A stretch of 63,586 bases of DNA, counting the filler, from Asterionella formosa (Eukaryota): assembly GCA_002256025.1 (NCBI GenBank). It is 7 parts of 7 records of this genome, joined end to end, with 100 filler letters (N's around TTAATTAATTAA, not from the genome) between each part and the next. Parts side by side here need not be neighbours in the genome. Positions count along the whole stretch, not along the records: positions 1 to 27,326 come from NKIB01001536.1; positions 27,427 to 29,100 come from NKIB01001544.1; positions 29,201 to 56,495 come from NKIB01001545.1; 4 more parts are not named here. One strand, given 5' to 3'. This document shows, piece after piece, positions 24,700 through 36,662 of the stretch. How positions within the stretch are numbered: position 1 is the first letter of the stretch; each line of letters opens with the position of its first letter. Position numbers and translations under genes: made by a program. The notes beneath the pieces were generated by a model. The model worked only from the letters and a program-made list of their open reading frames with translations, was not told the DNA's origin and did no database searches.

Positions 24700-25760
24700 T
24701 TAAACAAGATATTCAAACTGAATTTAGCAAACAATGATGGAAGCAATGAAAGACTCAGACACATAAGATAAAACTTTCCAACTGGAGCAGGGTAAAGGAG
24801 AAATATCACATCAGGCAGTATTTAAACTCAATCCAGAAGATCAACAAGTATAATTGAAGATAAAAGAGGGAACAAAAAGCCAATATAGAAATGCATACAT
24901 CAATCTGAAGTCAGCAAAGGAGAGTTACGAAGCCATGAAGAGATCAAGCCTACCATTTTTGAAAGACAAACAAATGTTCATGGATGAATATGCCCTCCAC
25001 AGTCTTGATGACATGTAAGTTGGACAGCTCTTTGGAAAGTATAGCTTTATAGCATCAGTTGAGATAACAAAGAAATGGATAGACAGCTTATATGGAGAAG
25101 CACTTGCACAAAGGTTAGACTATCAAATCAGGAGCGAAGGCATCAAGTATGCAAAATTCGGCATCAAAGTCAAAACCTAGACATACAGAATTAGTTCAAG
25201 AGAGAATACTGCTCAGGAAACATATGCGGCAATGATGAAATTATAACCAATCTGAACCAAATATTCTATTGGTTTTGTCGGGTATCAAGCATCAAATTTC
25301 GCAGCCAATCAAGACCACAAAGGTATAGCCCAGTATATTATTATCAACAGAAATGTTTAAAACTACTAACAGAACAAAATCTATAGTGGGCTTCACAAGC
25401 ATCGACACAAGTCTGAGTTTCCAGGGGGGACACAACAGCATTCAGACAATATATGCTCAAGGCAGTGGACAACCATGGCAATTGTCTTCTTTGCAATGCA
25501 GATGATACAACCACGTTGGGTGTACCAGTGATTATACATCCAGCAGCAAGCAAAATGGAAGCAATCAAGAGGGCCTCAAGATTGAACGGATTCCTCATTC
25601 AAGAATATGCAGATACAGTTCAAAACCTACATACTTGATGAAAAGAGTGCCATTGGTGGGTGTTGCAAAAAGTACAGTAGACCAACAACAAGTGAACGCT
25701 CTCCTATCAAGATTCAAGGCAACAGCTAGCTAGACCAACTGCAAAACAAACAACAACACA
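24700..25760 (+). mobile_element. Probable decayed LINE ORF1 remnant
   Basis: A-rich plus-strand frame broken by stops (NLKSAKESYEAMKRSSLPFLKDKQMFMDEYALHSLDDM*VGQLFGK...), CpG-poor. Family assignment is tentative. Confidence 0.3.
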
Positions 25761-26263
25761 GCATAAAGCAGGGAGAATAGATGAAATCATGCCTGCGAGT
25801 ATACATGTGTTCAAGGCTGGGTGGCCATTTCTTTTGGAACATTTGCATTTACATTCGGACTGCCGAGATACAGTCGTCTTTCCACTGTGATCTGAAACAA
25901 GAGCAACAAAGGAAATATTGTGGGACCATTACTCTGTATCTAAGAATCATTCGAACCCTCTACCTGTAGTTACCCTCCTGGTACGTGGAACCTGGTCCAT
26001 CAGGGTACATATCGACACCTTGATGTCACTTCGTCATGTACCAGTATGCGGATGATATTATATATCGGTAGTTTCAAAAGTTAACGTATCCCCTATTACC
26101 CGGTATGTAATGAGTCCTGAGTATGCTCGATTTTTTATAGATAGAAAACTATACTAGATCCTATGGCTGTAGCACGGAAATATGTTCAAGGAATAGAATA
26201 TACCAGTAATACATTGCACATCATGTTCAATTTTCATTGATGTTGCATGTTACAATCATTCTC

Positions 26264-27238
26264 CTGGAAGGTCCGGTAATCAGCGCACATAGCGTGCTGG
26301 TTGCTCGTTTTCTGTTCATCGATTCACATATTAGCAAAGGCAGGGGTACACCCCCAAGAATTGTCGAACCCCTAAATTTTGCGCCACTCTGTTATTCTTT
26401 AAATATTTGTTTACATAGACGTTAAGCCGCCGTTAGTCATTTTATTTTCAAAATGAACTTCAAGTCAGCAATCAGTAAGTTGAAGTCAGCAGTCAGTAAG
26501 TTGAAGTCAGCAGTCAGCGATTTCATATCAGCAGTCAGCAAAAGAAGTCAGCAGTCAGTGATTTTTCAAATTTTCAGCGAATCAAGTCAGCAGTCAGCCA
26601 AACGAAGTCTGCAGTCAGTAGTCAGCAAGTTGAAGTCAGCATTTTTTATGATAGTACATAGTGGTAGCAATATGAAGAAGTAGACTATTTCACAGTTTCT
26701 AATTATGTATGGAGTACCAGGTACCCCTTTGTTACTACCGATTATATGAGTGTAGAAGGCATCGCTTTTAGTTTCCCAACAACGAAAAGATGCTTCCATC
26801 ATTTTTAAATATGAAAAGTAAACATGACCTGTACACCGGTACCGGTAGATGGTCTCTTCCTATGTACAAAATAGGTTGCTTGATGTCAGCAAATTTAAGT
26901 TAGCAGTCAGCGATTTCATGTCAGTAGTCAGCAGTCAGCAGCGAATATTTCAAATTTTCAGCAAATCAAGTCAGCAGGTCGCAACAAGAAGTCCGCAGTC
27001 AGCAAGTTGAAGTTGCTTGGTAGTTAGCGATTCTGCTGTGAAAGGTGGCAGCGCTTTTCCATTTGAAACTTTATTACAGTTACAGGTAGTATAAATAAAT
27101 TGAAATATTTTGAGATTTTTCATCATTTCGGAATTGGTGAGCCGGACAGACTTCCAATGAAGTACCGGTAGGTTGAAACCGCTACGTGGAATTTCTAGTT
27201 TATAGTGCGCGCAATTCGCTGATTATCGGACCTCCCTG
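26264..27238. mobile_element. Non-autonomous TIR element (MITE-like, hAT-type CAG terminus) with internal GTCAGCA minisatellites
   Basis: Left CTGGAAGGTCCGGTAATCAGCG; right CGCTGATTATCGGACCTCCCTG (reverse complement CAGGGAGGTCCGATAATCAGCG). Internal AAGTTGAAGTCAGCAGTCAG repeat blocks at about 26456-26641 and 26884-27012. No clear 8-bp TSD. Confidence 0.7.
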
Positions 27239-27326
27239 TGTTTTAGACTTGTTGTACACTTTCTACATACCGGTATGTATTTTACCGTTATTCTGGCTGT
27301 CATGCTAAAATCGGCAATTTTGATAC

Positions 27327-27426
27327 NNNNNNNNNNNNNNNNNNNNNNNNNNNNNNNNNNNNNNNNNNNNTTAATTAATTAANNNNNNNNNNNNNNNNNN
27401 NNNNNNNNNNNNNNNNNNNNNNNNNN
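27327..27426. other. Artificial contig linker (N44-TTAATTAATTAA-N44)
   Basis: 100-nt spacer with stops in all six frames; identical to the other five linkers. Confidence 0.99.
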
Positions 27427-27739
27427 TTTACTAGGCCAAATAAACGAGTTAGCCCGGTAAAATCCACTATTTTCAGCATAGTTAAAAAACCGAAGTTCCT
27501 TTCTGCAGTTTCTCGCCAGATCCTATATCCTGACGATATATAGCGTTGACCTATACCCCTACTTTGATAAATGACTGTATTTAAGCATGTGGAAAGGGTG
27601 TGTATTGGTGAAAGCTCCGTTTAGCGATATACATTTACGTTTTGCTCGTAAGAAGTCTATGTTTGACTACTCTGACTTAATATTATTTTTTTAACCCTAC
27701 CTCGAGCTAGGGGTTCAAATGCAGGAACCTTAAAGATCA

Positions 27740-29100
27740 TAGTTTATACCGGAGTAGTTGCTCATGCATGCAACCCCTTCCTCCCCCTGTATACAGTACG
27801 GAAGTGATAACCCCCAAGCTACCAAATTTTTATGTCTTGTAAGAATTATCGCAGCATGCATGCATACATGACTCCTACTGGTATATACAATGCGGAAAGG
27901 ATGACCACCAGACTACCAATCCTATAGGTCCTGTAGAATTATCGCAACATGGCTGCATATCTAATGAAAGGGCGGGAGGAGTCATCCATGCTGCACCTGT
28001 ATAGTATGAAATATGGAAATGATCAAACATAGCTAGTCTACACAAGGAGCAGTGCATCAGCAATATATGCCCTGTTATTTTAATTCCTATGAAATCTTGC
28101 TCTTGATCTGTTCTGCGCTTTTTCGCCACAATTGTTTTCATTGGCTGTTTCACTGGACAGCATTTGAATTGATTGTGCTTTGAACGAAGCAATGATCAAA
28201 GTCCACCCCATTGCAGAATGGTGAGTCTCACAACTAAGTATCAGCCAGCAGTCGATTAAATCTGGACTGTCTTTTGTGCACCCTGGCTCGTTGTGTTTGT
28301 ACTTGACTTGGCAGCTGTCAGCCAAGAGCAGCCATGGCATGCCACCATTTATTGTCTATACAAGTTTCGAATGCGTTCAGCTATGATAACTTTTGCTCCC
28401 TTTCCTAAACACTGTCTCACAATGCACCCTTGTCATAGATTTTTCTTTATAGATTTTTCTTTATCCTTTGGCTTCACAGGCCCAGGTTACTCAATGCCTT
28501 CATCTGCAAGGAGTTCAGCCAAGCAGGCCCACGTTGGCGTCAAGAAAACCTCAACCCCGATTTTCCTCACATGCTCCACCCATTGACTTCTTCATTGATG
28601 AAGTTGAGGTAGATATACTGACGACATCAGGTGGTGCAGGCTTGTGTATAGATTGATGATGCTGAAATCATTGCTTCTTTTTCCCGTAGGTACCTATTTG
28701 TCAACATTGTTTGGGTCAATCTATTCTTGTTCCCGCAAGACCAGCAGAAGCAATTATCCCTTTACTTCTCCTCCCAAGAACCTTCATTTCTCTTTCACAA
28801 TTGTCCTGATGATGTTTGCAGAGCATTTTTAGTTCCCTTGTTTTGATTTTTCCACTGGTTTCGATCCCTTTTGCATTCAAGTCAAGAAACAAGCAACTCA
28901 TTGAGATTTCTGGAGGTCTCGGTCAGTGGCACCATAAAGCAACAATCAACAGATCATGGCGGCTGTTCTACATTTTCTGTAGCAAGTGACATTCAAGAAG
29001 GGACTGGGATCATTGGGAAGAAAAATTAGTAGGATTCTCTGTGTTTGCCCCCGCCCGTTTGGCAGCCATTCTACCATTGCTTCCTCTCAATCAATACTAG
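27740..29100 (-). mobile_element. Degenerate Tc1/IS630-like transposon fragment (copy B)
   Basis: Colinear with 167-1513 up to the contig end; differs by substitutions and 2-4 bp indels. Confidence 0.7.
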
Positions 29101-29200
29101 NNNNNNNNNNNNNNNNNNNNNNNNNNNNNNNNNNNNNNNNNNNNTTAATTAATTAANNNNNNNNNNNNNNNNNNNNNNNNNNNNNNNNNNNNNNNNNNNN
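29101..29200. other. Artificial contig linker
   Basis: N44-TTAATTAATTAA-N44. Confidence 0.99.
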
Positions 29201-29202
29201 GG

Positions 29203-30117
29203 GTATTTGGGGCTGGGTTTCTCAGTGGTTTGCAAGAAATGTTTTCTTCCACTCCTTCAGTGTCATCAAAGCCTTTCACGTCCAATCCTAAACCCAAAAA
29301 GGCTAAGGGTTCTGGTATTGGAGCTAACTACCTAGGAGGATTGAATGGAACAACATTTTCGACTCCTGCTGTGACATTGGTGTCAGATACACCCAAATCT
29401 ACCTCATCTGGAAGTGGATCTGGCTTTGGGGCTGGATATCTCAGTGGCTTACCTGGAACATCATCTGTCCTTCCTGTTGCATCAAAGCCTTTTGTTTCTA
29501 ATCCAAAACCCAAAAAGGCTAAGGGTTCTGGCATTGGAGCTAATTACCTAGGAGGATTGAATGGCACAACATTTTCGACTCCGGCTATTACTGTGACATC
29601 AGATCTACCAAAGACGGCTGCTTCTCCTGATATTTCATCCATAAAGTCTGATCTACCAAAGTCTGCTGTTCCTTCATCTGGAAATGAATCTGGTTTTGGT
29701 GCTAGCTATTTTAATGGTATTTCAGGACCATTGACTTCTTCTATCCATTCCGGCAATTTTGGTTTGTTAGGGAATGCTAAATCTTCTTCCACAGTCACTG
29801 GTGAATCTTTTGAGGATTTTTTAGTTTCAGAATTGGTTTCAAATTGGAAAACAAAAACTTCTTCATTTTTACACAATTTGGAATTGAGATATGATGAGTT
29901 GTATGATGCCAAGGTTCTTTTGGAACTCGTACTTTCAAAGCTTGTTGCATTACCTGGAGACAATGAAGTAGCCATTCTTAATGCTGAGGCTGCTTTGATT
30001 AAGACTGTTACTCTGATGGCGGAGATAGATGAGGAATATTTACTCCCAGCTTTTGATTTCTTCATGCTTGGTGAGGGTGTATCGCAAATTCCAAGGAAAG
30101 TAAAGCCTTTTCAATAA
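29203..30117 (+). CDS. 5'-truncated Ser/Gly/Pro-rich repeat protein with G-[FI]-G-A-x-[YF]-L-x-G-L motifs and a C-terminal helical domain
   Basis: The frame is open from the contig start (VFGAGFLSGLQE...). A 72-aa repeat is present (KPF.SNPKPKKAKGSGIGANYLGGLNGTTFSTPA at 29269 and 29485), with synonymous differences between the copies. Confidence 0.75.
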   Translation, partial: VFGAGFLSGLQEMFSSTPSVSSKPFTSNPKPKKAKGSGIGANYLGGLNGTTFSTPAVTLVSDTPKSTSSGSGSGFGAGYLSGLPGTSSVLPVASKPFVSNPKPKKAKGSGIGANYLGGLNGTTFSTPAITVTSDLPKTAASPDISSIKSDLPKSAVPSSGNESGFGASYFNGISGPLTSSIHSGNFGLLGNAKSSSTVTGESFEDFLVSELVSNWKTKTSSFLHNLELRYDELYDAKVLLELVLSKLVALPGDNEVAILNAEAALIKTVTLMAEIDEEYLLPAFDFFMLGEGVSQIPRKVKPFQ

Positions 30118-30588
30118 TGAATTGACTGTTTGGTATCTAGATATTGATACATGTCCATTTATATATAATTGTGTCTTATGAAAACTTGTCATAATTGATG
30201 GCTATCATGATTATTAACAGCTATAATCTACTCTTTATTTATGCATTTTGATTTATCAATACTTCTTGATGTTTATATATTGTATCACTGCTCATGAAGT
30301 GCTCAAATTGGAAAGCTGAATTGGGGAGCAAATTTTGATGTCCCAGAAGGTGGAGAATTTTAAGTGAAATTAAATGCCCCTGAGTGTCATTTTTTAGGAT
30401 ATTCCACACATAAATTTCAGGAAAAGATCCAGAATATTGTCTTGTCCCACAGACAAATGCTGGTACAAGGCTACGACAGACAAAATTAAACTTCCTTTTC
30501 AGTTCTTGGAATTTAAGTAGTAGTGGAAAAATTGAATGTGATTTGCTGTTTTCGATACATTTGTGCAGAGTTAATTAGGTGATGGATC

Positions 30589-33371
30589 TATTACGTCATA
30601 TCTGATCAAATCCAAATCAGCAGAATTTATTAGCGAAATCTGCTGAATCGGTGCTATTTATTTAGTTTTCCGGGTTCTTTCATTCATCAGATTTGAAGCA
30701 ATAAGTCGCAGTATCTATATACAAGCGCTTGACAAAAGGATTTGCTTTGATCCTTTTGTCGTTGTGCTCTTACATATTGTGCTTGTTTTTATCTTGCATT
30801 TTTCTTTGATTTCATGGGAGTTTCTTTGACTGGCTGCTCTTTCCATAGTATGTCTTCCACATCTGCTCTCATTCCCACTACATAATTTTCTTGCTACCAT
30901 TTCATTTAGCATTAGTCTACCATCAAAATCCACTCGCTCAGTATTCACTTGTTGTGTCATTGAAACAGTATCATGTAGGTCACTTGGTAAGATCAATTCA
31001 GTATTGAATTGATTAACCATTTCCTTGAACATTGTTACAACAACATCTAAGCCGCAAAATATGCCACTTTTCGAAATTTGTTCTATGTAGGAGTTTTCAT
31101 TATGTGGTACTTCACATGAATTAATGCCACTCTTTCCGGAGAAAAGGTTACTTTTAACGGTTTCATGTGAAGTTTTAACGGTTTCATGTGAAGATTTCAC
31201 AAAAAACTTTGAACTCGAGACTGAATTAGTTGATGTTTCAAATAATTCATTTCAAAGTTCAACTAAGACCCTGCTCTCGTGGCTAAATCATTTACGACAT
31301 GCATCTTCATTTGTGAAATAGAAAAGATATTTGTGGTGTCTTAATTCAAATGAAGCATCCCCTTCTAGCTTTTCAGCGCCTCACCATTAACAAATCCTTC
31401 ATCAGCCAAGAACTCACATATTTTTGTTGAAACAATAGAAGGTGGAATGACACAACATTGAGATCGTAAGCAATCGATGCTTTTAAGGTGTACCCATCTT
31501 TTTGATGTACAATGATTGACTTTGAAATGATCCAGCTATCTTCATCAGTGACCAGCTCAAATTCTGTTTTACCATTGCTTGGAATGGAAAGTTGGCAAGG
31601 AGTTCCTTCCAATTAGTTTTGACTGTAAGATATGCGGATATCCTATCAATCCAAAGAGAGATTTTAATTCAAAGCAGACATACTTTGCATTTTTGTTTGG
31701 AATGGCTCTTAAATAGCATAAGCCAGTGAAGTGATCCTTCACAACCATAATCCATTGCATTACCTGACCATAAACATTGTGTCATTCATTGGCACAATAA
31801 TCAATTAATTCAATTTGCATGCAATCATGGAATTCACCAGAATGTATAGGACATTGGGCTCCCTTAGATTTCGGAATTTGAGGATGCACATGAATACACA
31901 CAGGACACACACTGATAAATGCATTCATGTGTTTTATTGTGATATTGTAACATGATGATTAACCTCTCTCCATGTAACAGATGATTTCAAGTGACCAAGA
32001 CTGTAGTGAGCATCATCATATATAGCATCAAACATTTCCTTGCATCGAAGAAGCTTTCTCCCACATTATCTCCTTCTTTCACACTGTCTCTCTTGATAAC
32101 ATAGAGGCATTTTATAAGATTGCCTTCCACATCTTTCTTTGATCTCACTGTATACTTTTCACAAGTGAATAAAAAATTCGATGCTGTTGCCATATCTCTG
32201 GATTATCCCAGTTTTCAATAATATACACAACTTCATTGTATTTCTCATCAGTCATGTCACATGATCTAGTTTTCCTGTTCCTGTTGTGTCATACGCAATT
32301 TCATTGTATTTCTCATCAGTCATGTCACATGACCCTGCTTTTCCTCTTCCTGTTGTAATTCTTGCAGTCTTTTTCTTTGTTCTTGATTTAGCATTTTCGA
32401 TTCTCTTTGCAGCCCATGTTGCAGTCATTGTTCCAGCTTCCACTTTTGAATTTTTTCCTGCTACTGTTGCCTTTTCATTCCTTATCGCAGCCAGCCCATG
32501 TTGCAGTCGTTGTTCCAGCTTCCACTTTTGAATTTTTTCCTGCTACTGTTGCCTTTTCATTCCTTGTCGCAGCCATTGCTCCAGTTTCCGCATCGACTGG
32601 AGTTGTACCTGTGCCCGCCTTTTCATTCCTTGTTGTTGTCATTGCTCCAGTTTCTGCATCGACAGGAGATGTACCTGTGCCCGCCTTTTCATTCCTTGTT
32701 GCTGTCGTTTTTCCGCTTTTGGTATCGACTGGAGATGTACCTATGTTCATCTTTTCATTCTTTGTTGCTGTGATTGTTCCGGTTTCCCCATGATCAACTG
32801 GAGTTGTACCTGTGTATACCTTTTCATTCTTTGTTGCTGTCATTGCTCCGGTTTCCGCATTGACTGGAGTTGTGCCTGATCTCGCATTTTCATTGAAAAA
32901 ACCAAAAGCTACTGAGTTGAAATGCGTGTGAAAGGATTCTCTCATTCTCTGTGCACCACCAATACTGGCTGACAGTCGTGGCATTGCCATGATCATTGGA
33001 TGAAGGTGTAGAAACATATGAGAATTCACTCACCACATACTCTTCATCACTACTGTCTTCATTGCGATTCTTCTTCTTCGAAGATTTCATCTCAAATAAG
33101 AGGAGTTTTTCCGGTATACAAGTACAAGATGAAGGGCTGTTTGCAATCAATAGATTTAGTTGTGCATTGAATTCTATTGAAGATTCACTGCAAGTAGGTA
33201 GGTACACATGGCTACAGGTAAGCATTTGACAGGAGAGATTGCTATCACTTGCTCATCCTGCTGCTATCTAAATAAATCTAAGAAGTTTTGATAGAGAAAA
33301 GAGGTTTTGGGTGATTTTGAGTGCTCATATCATTTCAGCTGAATAAGAAATTCAGCTGAAATAACATAACA
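30589..33371 (-). mobile_element. Ginger-like (integrase-type) DNA transposon with TIRs and GATC target-site duplication; degenerate
   Basis: GATC|TATTACGTCATATCTGATCAA... and ...TTCAGCTGAAATAACATAACA|GATC (right end reverse-complements to TGTTATGTTATTTCAGCTGAA). Minus-strand rve-type core MQWIMVVKDHFTGLCYLRAIPNKNAKYVCFELKSLFGLIGYPHILQS (31569-31760). No RT or LTRs. Confidence 0.75.
32405..32895 (-). repeat. 66-bp coding minisatellite (22-aa unit TPVDAETGAMTATxNEKAGTGT) plus related longer units
   Basis: TCATTCC recurs at 32557 and 32623 (66-bp period), about 5 units. A second unit type (NEKATVAGKNSKVEAGT) is duplicated at about 32405-32560. Confidence 0.9.
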
Positions 33372-33759
33372 GATCGCCTCCCATAGATGCTGAGAGCATC
33401 ATGAAGTCACCAGGCACTATAGTAGGTGCGATGTTTCTTTACATTTATGTAGACTCATGATTCAAAGCCTTCAGATTGTTGAGTACAGAATGGAATTTAT
33501 GTCCAACTTTGCTCCATGCTGCCAAGGCCATGCCTGTAAGATTTTGCGCAAAGAAAATGGAGAATTTCCTCATGCTGCAATAAGCTGCCGACTTTTTCCT
33601 GTAATGAAGCAATACATCAAGCCTTTTAACCTGTCTCGGATGCTTGAAGCAAATATGGAAGATCACTTGAAGGCAAGGATGACTTCGAATTTTTTCTGGG
33701 GGAAAGAGATTGGTTTGAGCAGCAAGTGGGATATGATGCTGGCACTAGTACAGCAACTA

Positions 33760-36070
33760 TAAAACAAAGTAAGCATGATTTCTTAGTGGAAGAAACGAAG
33801 AAGATGATGTTACCTGATGAATTTCCAAAACTAAAAGAGCCCAATCAACCAGAGACAATGATTGGAATGAGGTTGTGAAACTAATGATGTGGTTGGTTTT
33901 TGAACACAAGAATGAATCTGACAAGGGAACAAGAGATAGGCAGATAAGTTTGATCAACCCAATATTATTTGGCCAGATTCATTTAGCAATCACAGACGAT
34001 CAAGGGATTTCACAGAAGAAGAGGGAAGCTACTGCAAGAGTTGTTATTAGGGAATGGTTGGACAAGGAGAATGGTCATACACACTTTGATTTTGGTGGTA
34101 TGGTCTATAAGCACTACACAACATACTTGAGCTCGAATTTGAAAAATAATGGCGTGCCTTTGAAGGGAAAATTTTATATGAACAAGCGATCAATCTTGAA
34201 TAACCTGTTCAAGCGCCACAAGTTCAGGGCAAGTGATGAATTTTCAGAGAATATGGACAAGCGCATGGAAGGATTTGTGCGCATATTGTCAAAGAATGCT
34301 GCATAGGAAGGCCTCGGTTCTGTGGAAATGGGCAAGCAAGAAATGACACTGGCGAGGTCTCCGAAAAATGGATGGCTACTTGAGGAGATGTCACATGAGG
34401 GTATGTTTGGTCGTGCTTTCATGTTGTTGACTTGGAATTTGATGTGTAAGGGATTAAATAAATGTTTGTACTTCCTTGAAGCATCTTATTTGGAGGGCTG
34501 ATGCATTTGGAATTTCATCTTCACATGTTAAGAATGACCATGCAGGAGGAAGAAACTGGCATCATAGCCGCCATTTTTACACAAACCCTGACAATTATCA
34601 TGTGTGCTGTGTGACTGCTGTTACAGAGTACATGTTGTGCTTCCCTTAACTCTTCCAGGATGGGAATGGTATGCCATTCCCAGGTCCTAAGCAAGAGGAA
34701 CGATTTGGGGCTATCCTACTATGTGTGCTAGAAAAGCACAGCTTCTTGAACTTGGCTACAAACCTAATGACATGCATAGGTGTACATTCCATTCGGAAAG
34801 GGGCGGGTACATAGCTATGCTTCTAGTGGTACAACTGCAGCTCCTTCAAGTGTATCAGTAAATCACCGGGGTGGGTGGACTTTGGGAGGTGTACGTGCTG
34901 TTTACATGCTGTATGAGCATGATGGTGATCAGTATGTAGGTCGAATTTTGAGTGTTATGATCATGAATTTACTATCTGCTAAGCAAGTTTGGCGATTCTG
35001 CACCGCAATTCTTTTATCATGGTACTTTTGGCGTTCCCAAGGCAGTGGTTATTGTGAAAAAAACAGATGGAGTGGAATCAAAAGGTATCTACTATATTGA
35101 AAGGATGTTTTGGAGAACTACAGGATTTAGTATGCATCAGAAAGACACTATGTTTTGGAATAGCATCCATGTTTCACCATTTTGATGCTGCAAATGAATT
35201 CCACACAAATTCACCTTTTGCGATGTCTCCTATTTTGAGGAAGCAAGAATTTGTTGAATCACAGGATTCTGTCAGAGTAGTGTATCCTTGGGAAAGTGAT
35301 AGTATTGCACAGAGGTGTGTTATGCTGAAGCTGACTGGGGTTCCGCCTTCTGTTGTCCAGCTTTCTGCAATTGAGCAGATGAAGACAATTGTTTCAGAAA
35401 TACAGCCAGCCAGGAGTGTTAGAAGGTGTCAAAAAAATGTTGGATGACTGTTCCATGGGTGGGACATTGTCAGAGACTAGAATGAAGAAGTCTATTTTGG
35501 AAGAAAGTCGAAAAAATGTTGAGGACAAGATAGATCTAAGGATGCCGAAGACAGCAAACAATATGCCATGGTCAGCTACTGGCAATTGTACAGATCATGC
35601 TGAATTGATGGGTGAGCACAAAATTTGTTGGATTCACGAGAGAAAGCTTAGACAGATTCCTCCCAACTGGATATTTCCGAAATGCGGCCTCCTTGTTGCA
35701 TATGAAGGATATAGTGTCAGGGCAGTGTGCCATGAACATTTTAAGCCCATGGAAATTAATTTTTGATAGATGGGAGGCGAAAGTTAGAGGAATTCAAGCT
35801 TCTCATGAGGAGGTTAGATTTGGCTGCACATGAAAAAGAGTTTCTACAGCAGGAAATGTCAGATTTACATTGTAGGAAAGCATTCGATATTGCGGCTAGC
35901 TCGTTGGGACTTCCTACAATGACTCCAAAGGGCCGACCCGGCATCCAGAGCGAACAAAGTGGTCTACCCATCTCAGAATCAATACTAAGAAGGTTCGTGT
36001 TGGTGCAAAACCACTTTTCTTCAGTACCAATTAGATGTCTGACAATGCCTTTGAATAGGTAGTTGGTCAA
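33760..36070 (+). mobile_element. Crypton (tyrosine recombinase) transposon, degenerate
   Basis: Broken frames give GMFGRAFMLLTWNLMC, HVKNDH, RHFYTNP, GVHSIRKG, YASSGTTAAPSSVSVNHRGGWTLGGVRAVYMLYEHDGDQYVGRILS and LTGVPP, which is the Crypton YR catalytic domain. Ends not defined. Confidence 0.85.
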
Positions 36071-36252
36071 GTGGTTTAGGTGAATTAATTATCTTAACAT
36101 TGGTTAAAAATCTGTCTGATTAAAAAACAAAAAATCAATATTTTTAGCTTGTCATTTAGCTCAAACCAAATAATTTCTTTGTTAGATCAACAGGAAGTGA
36201 GCTCTGACCAAAGATTCAACAAAGTCATTGATCAAAATATATTAATTTATCA

Positions 36253-36662
36253 GATCAATCGTATAATACATCTGCAAAAAGAAAGTATCATAATTTTACA
36301 ATCACAGGTACTATTGCACGCTACTAACTGGCCCAGAAATGATACTTATTCTACTTATTCTGTTATATGTATGATAAATGCATATTATAAGAATATGCTG
36401 ATCATGTCAAGCATACAAATAAAACACAACAGACCATATAATTATAGAAACATTATCCATCCAATCAATCGTACCATAATACGTCTGCAAATAGAAAGTA
36501 TCATAATTATACGATCACAGGTACTATTGCACGCTACTGACTGGCCCAGAATTGATACTTATTCTGTTATATGTATGATAAATGCATATTATAAGTATAT
36601 GCTGATCATGTCAAGCATACAAATAATACACAACAGACCATATAATTATCGAAACATTATCC
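36253..36662 (+). repeat. Tandem duplication of a ~210-bp AT-rich unit
   Basis: ATCAATCGTA..ATA..TCTGCAAA.AGAAAGTATCATAATT starts at 36253 and 36464; the units are nearly identical. Confidence 0.9.

Noticed and set aside
26453..26683. ORF with SAVSKLK heptad repeats
   Set aside because: Translation of the 21-bp minisatellite inside the MITE-like element.
27371..27382. Recurrent TTAATTAATTAA motif and ORFs ending in XXX-LIN
   Set aside because: Assembly concatenation linker; adjacency across linkers has no biological meaning.
33332..33362. Perfect 13-bp inverted repeat near a tyrosine recombinase (lox-like site)
   Set aside because: It lies inside the right TIR of the Ginger-like element and has a counterpart at ~30617, so it is better explained as a subterminal motif.
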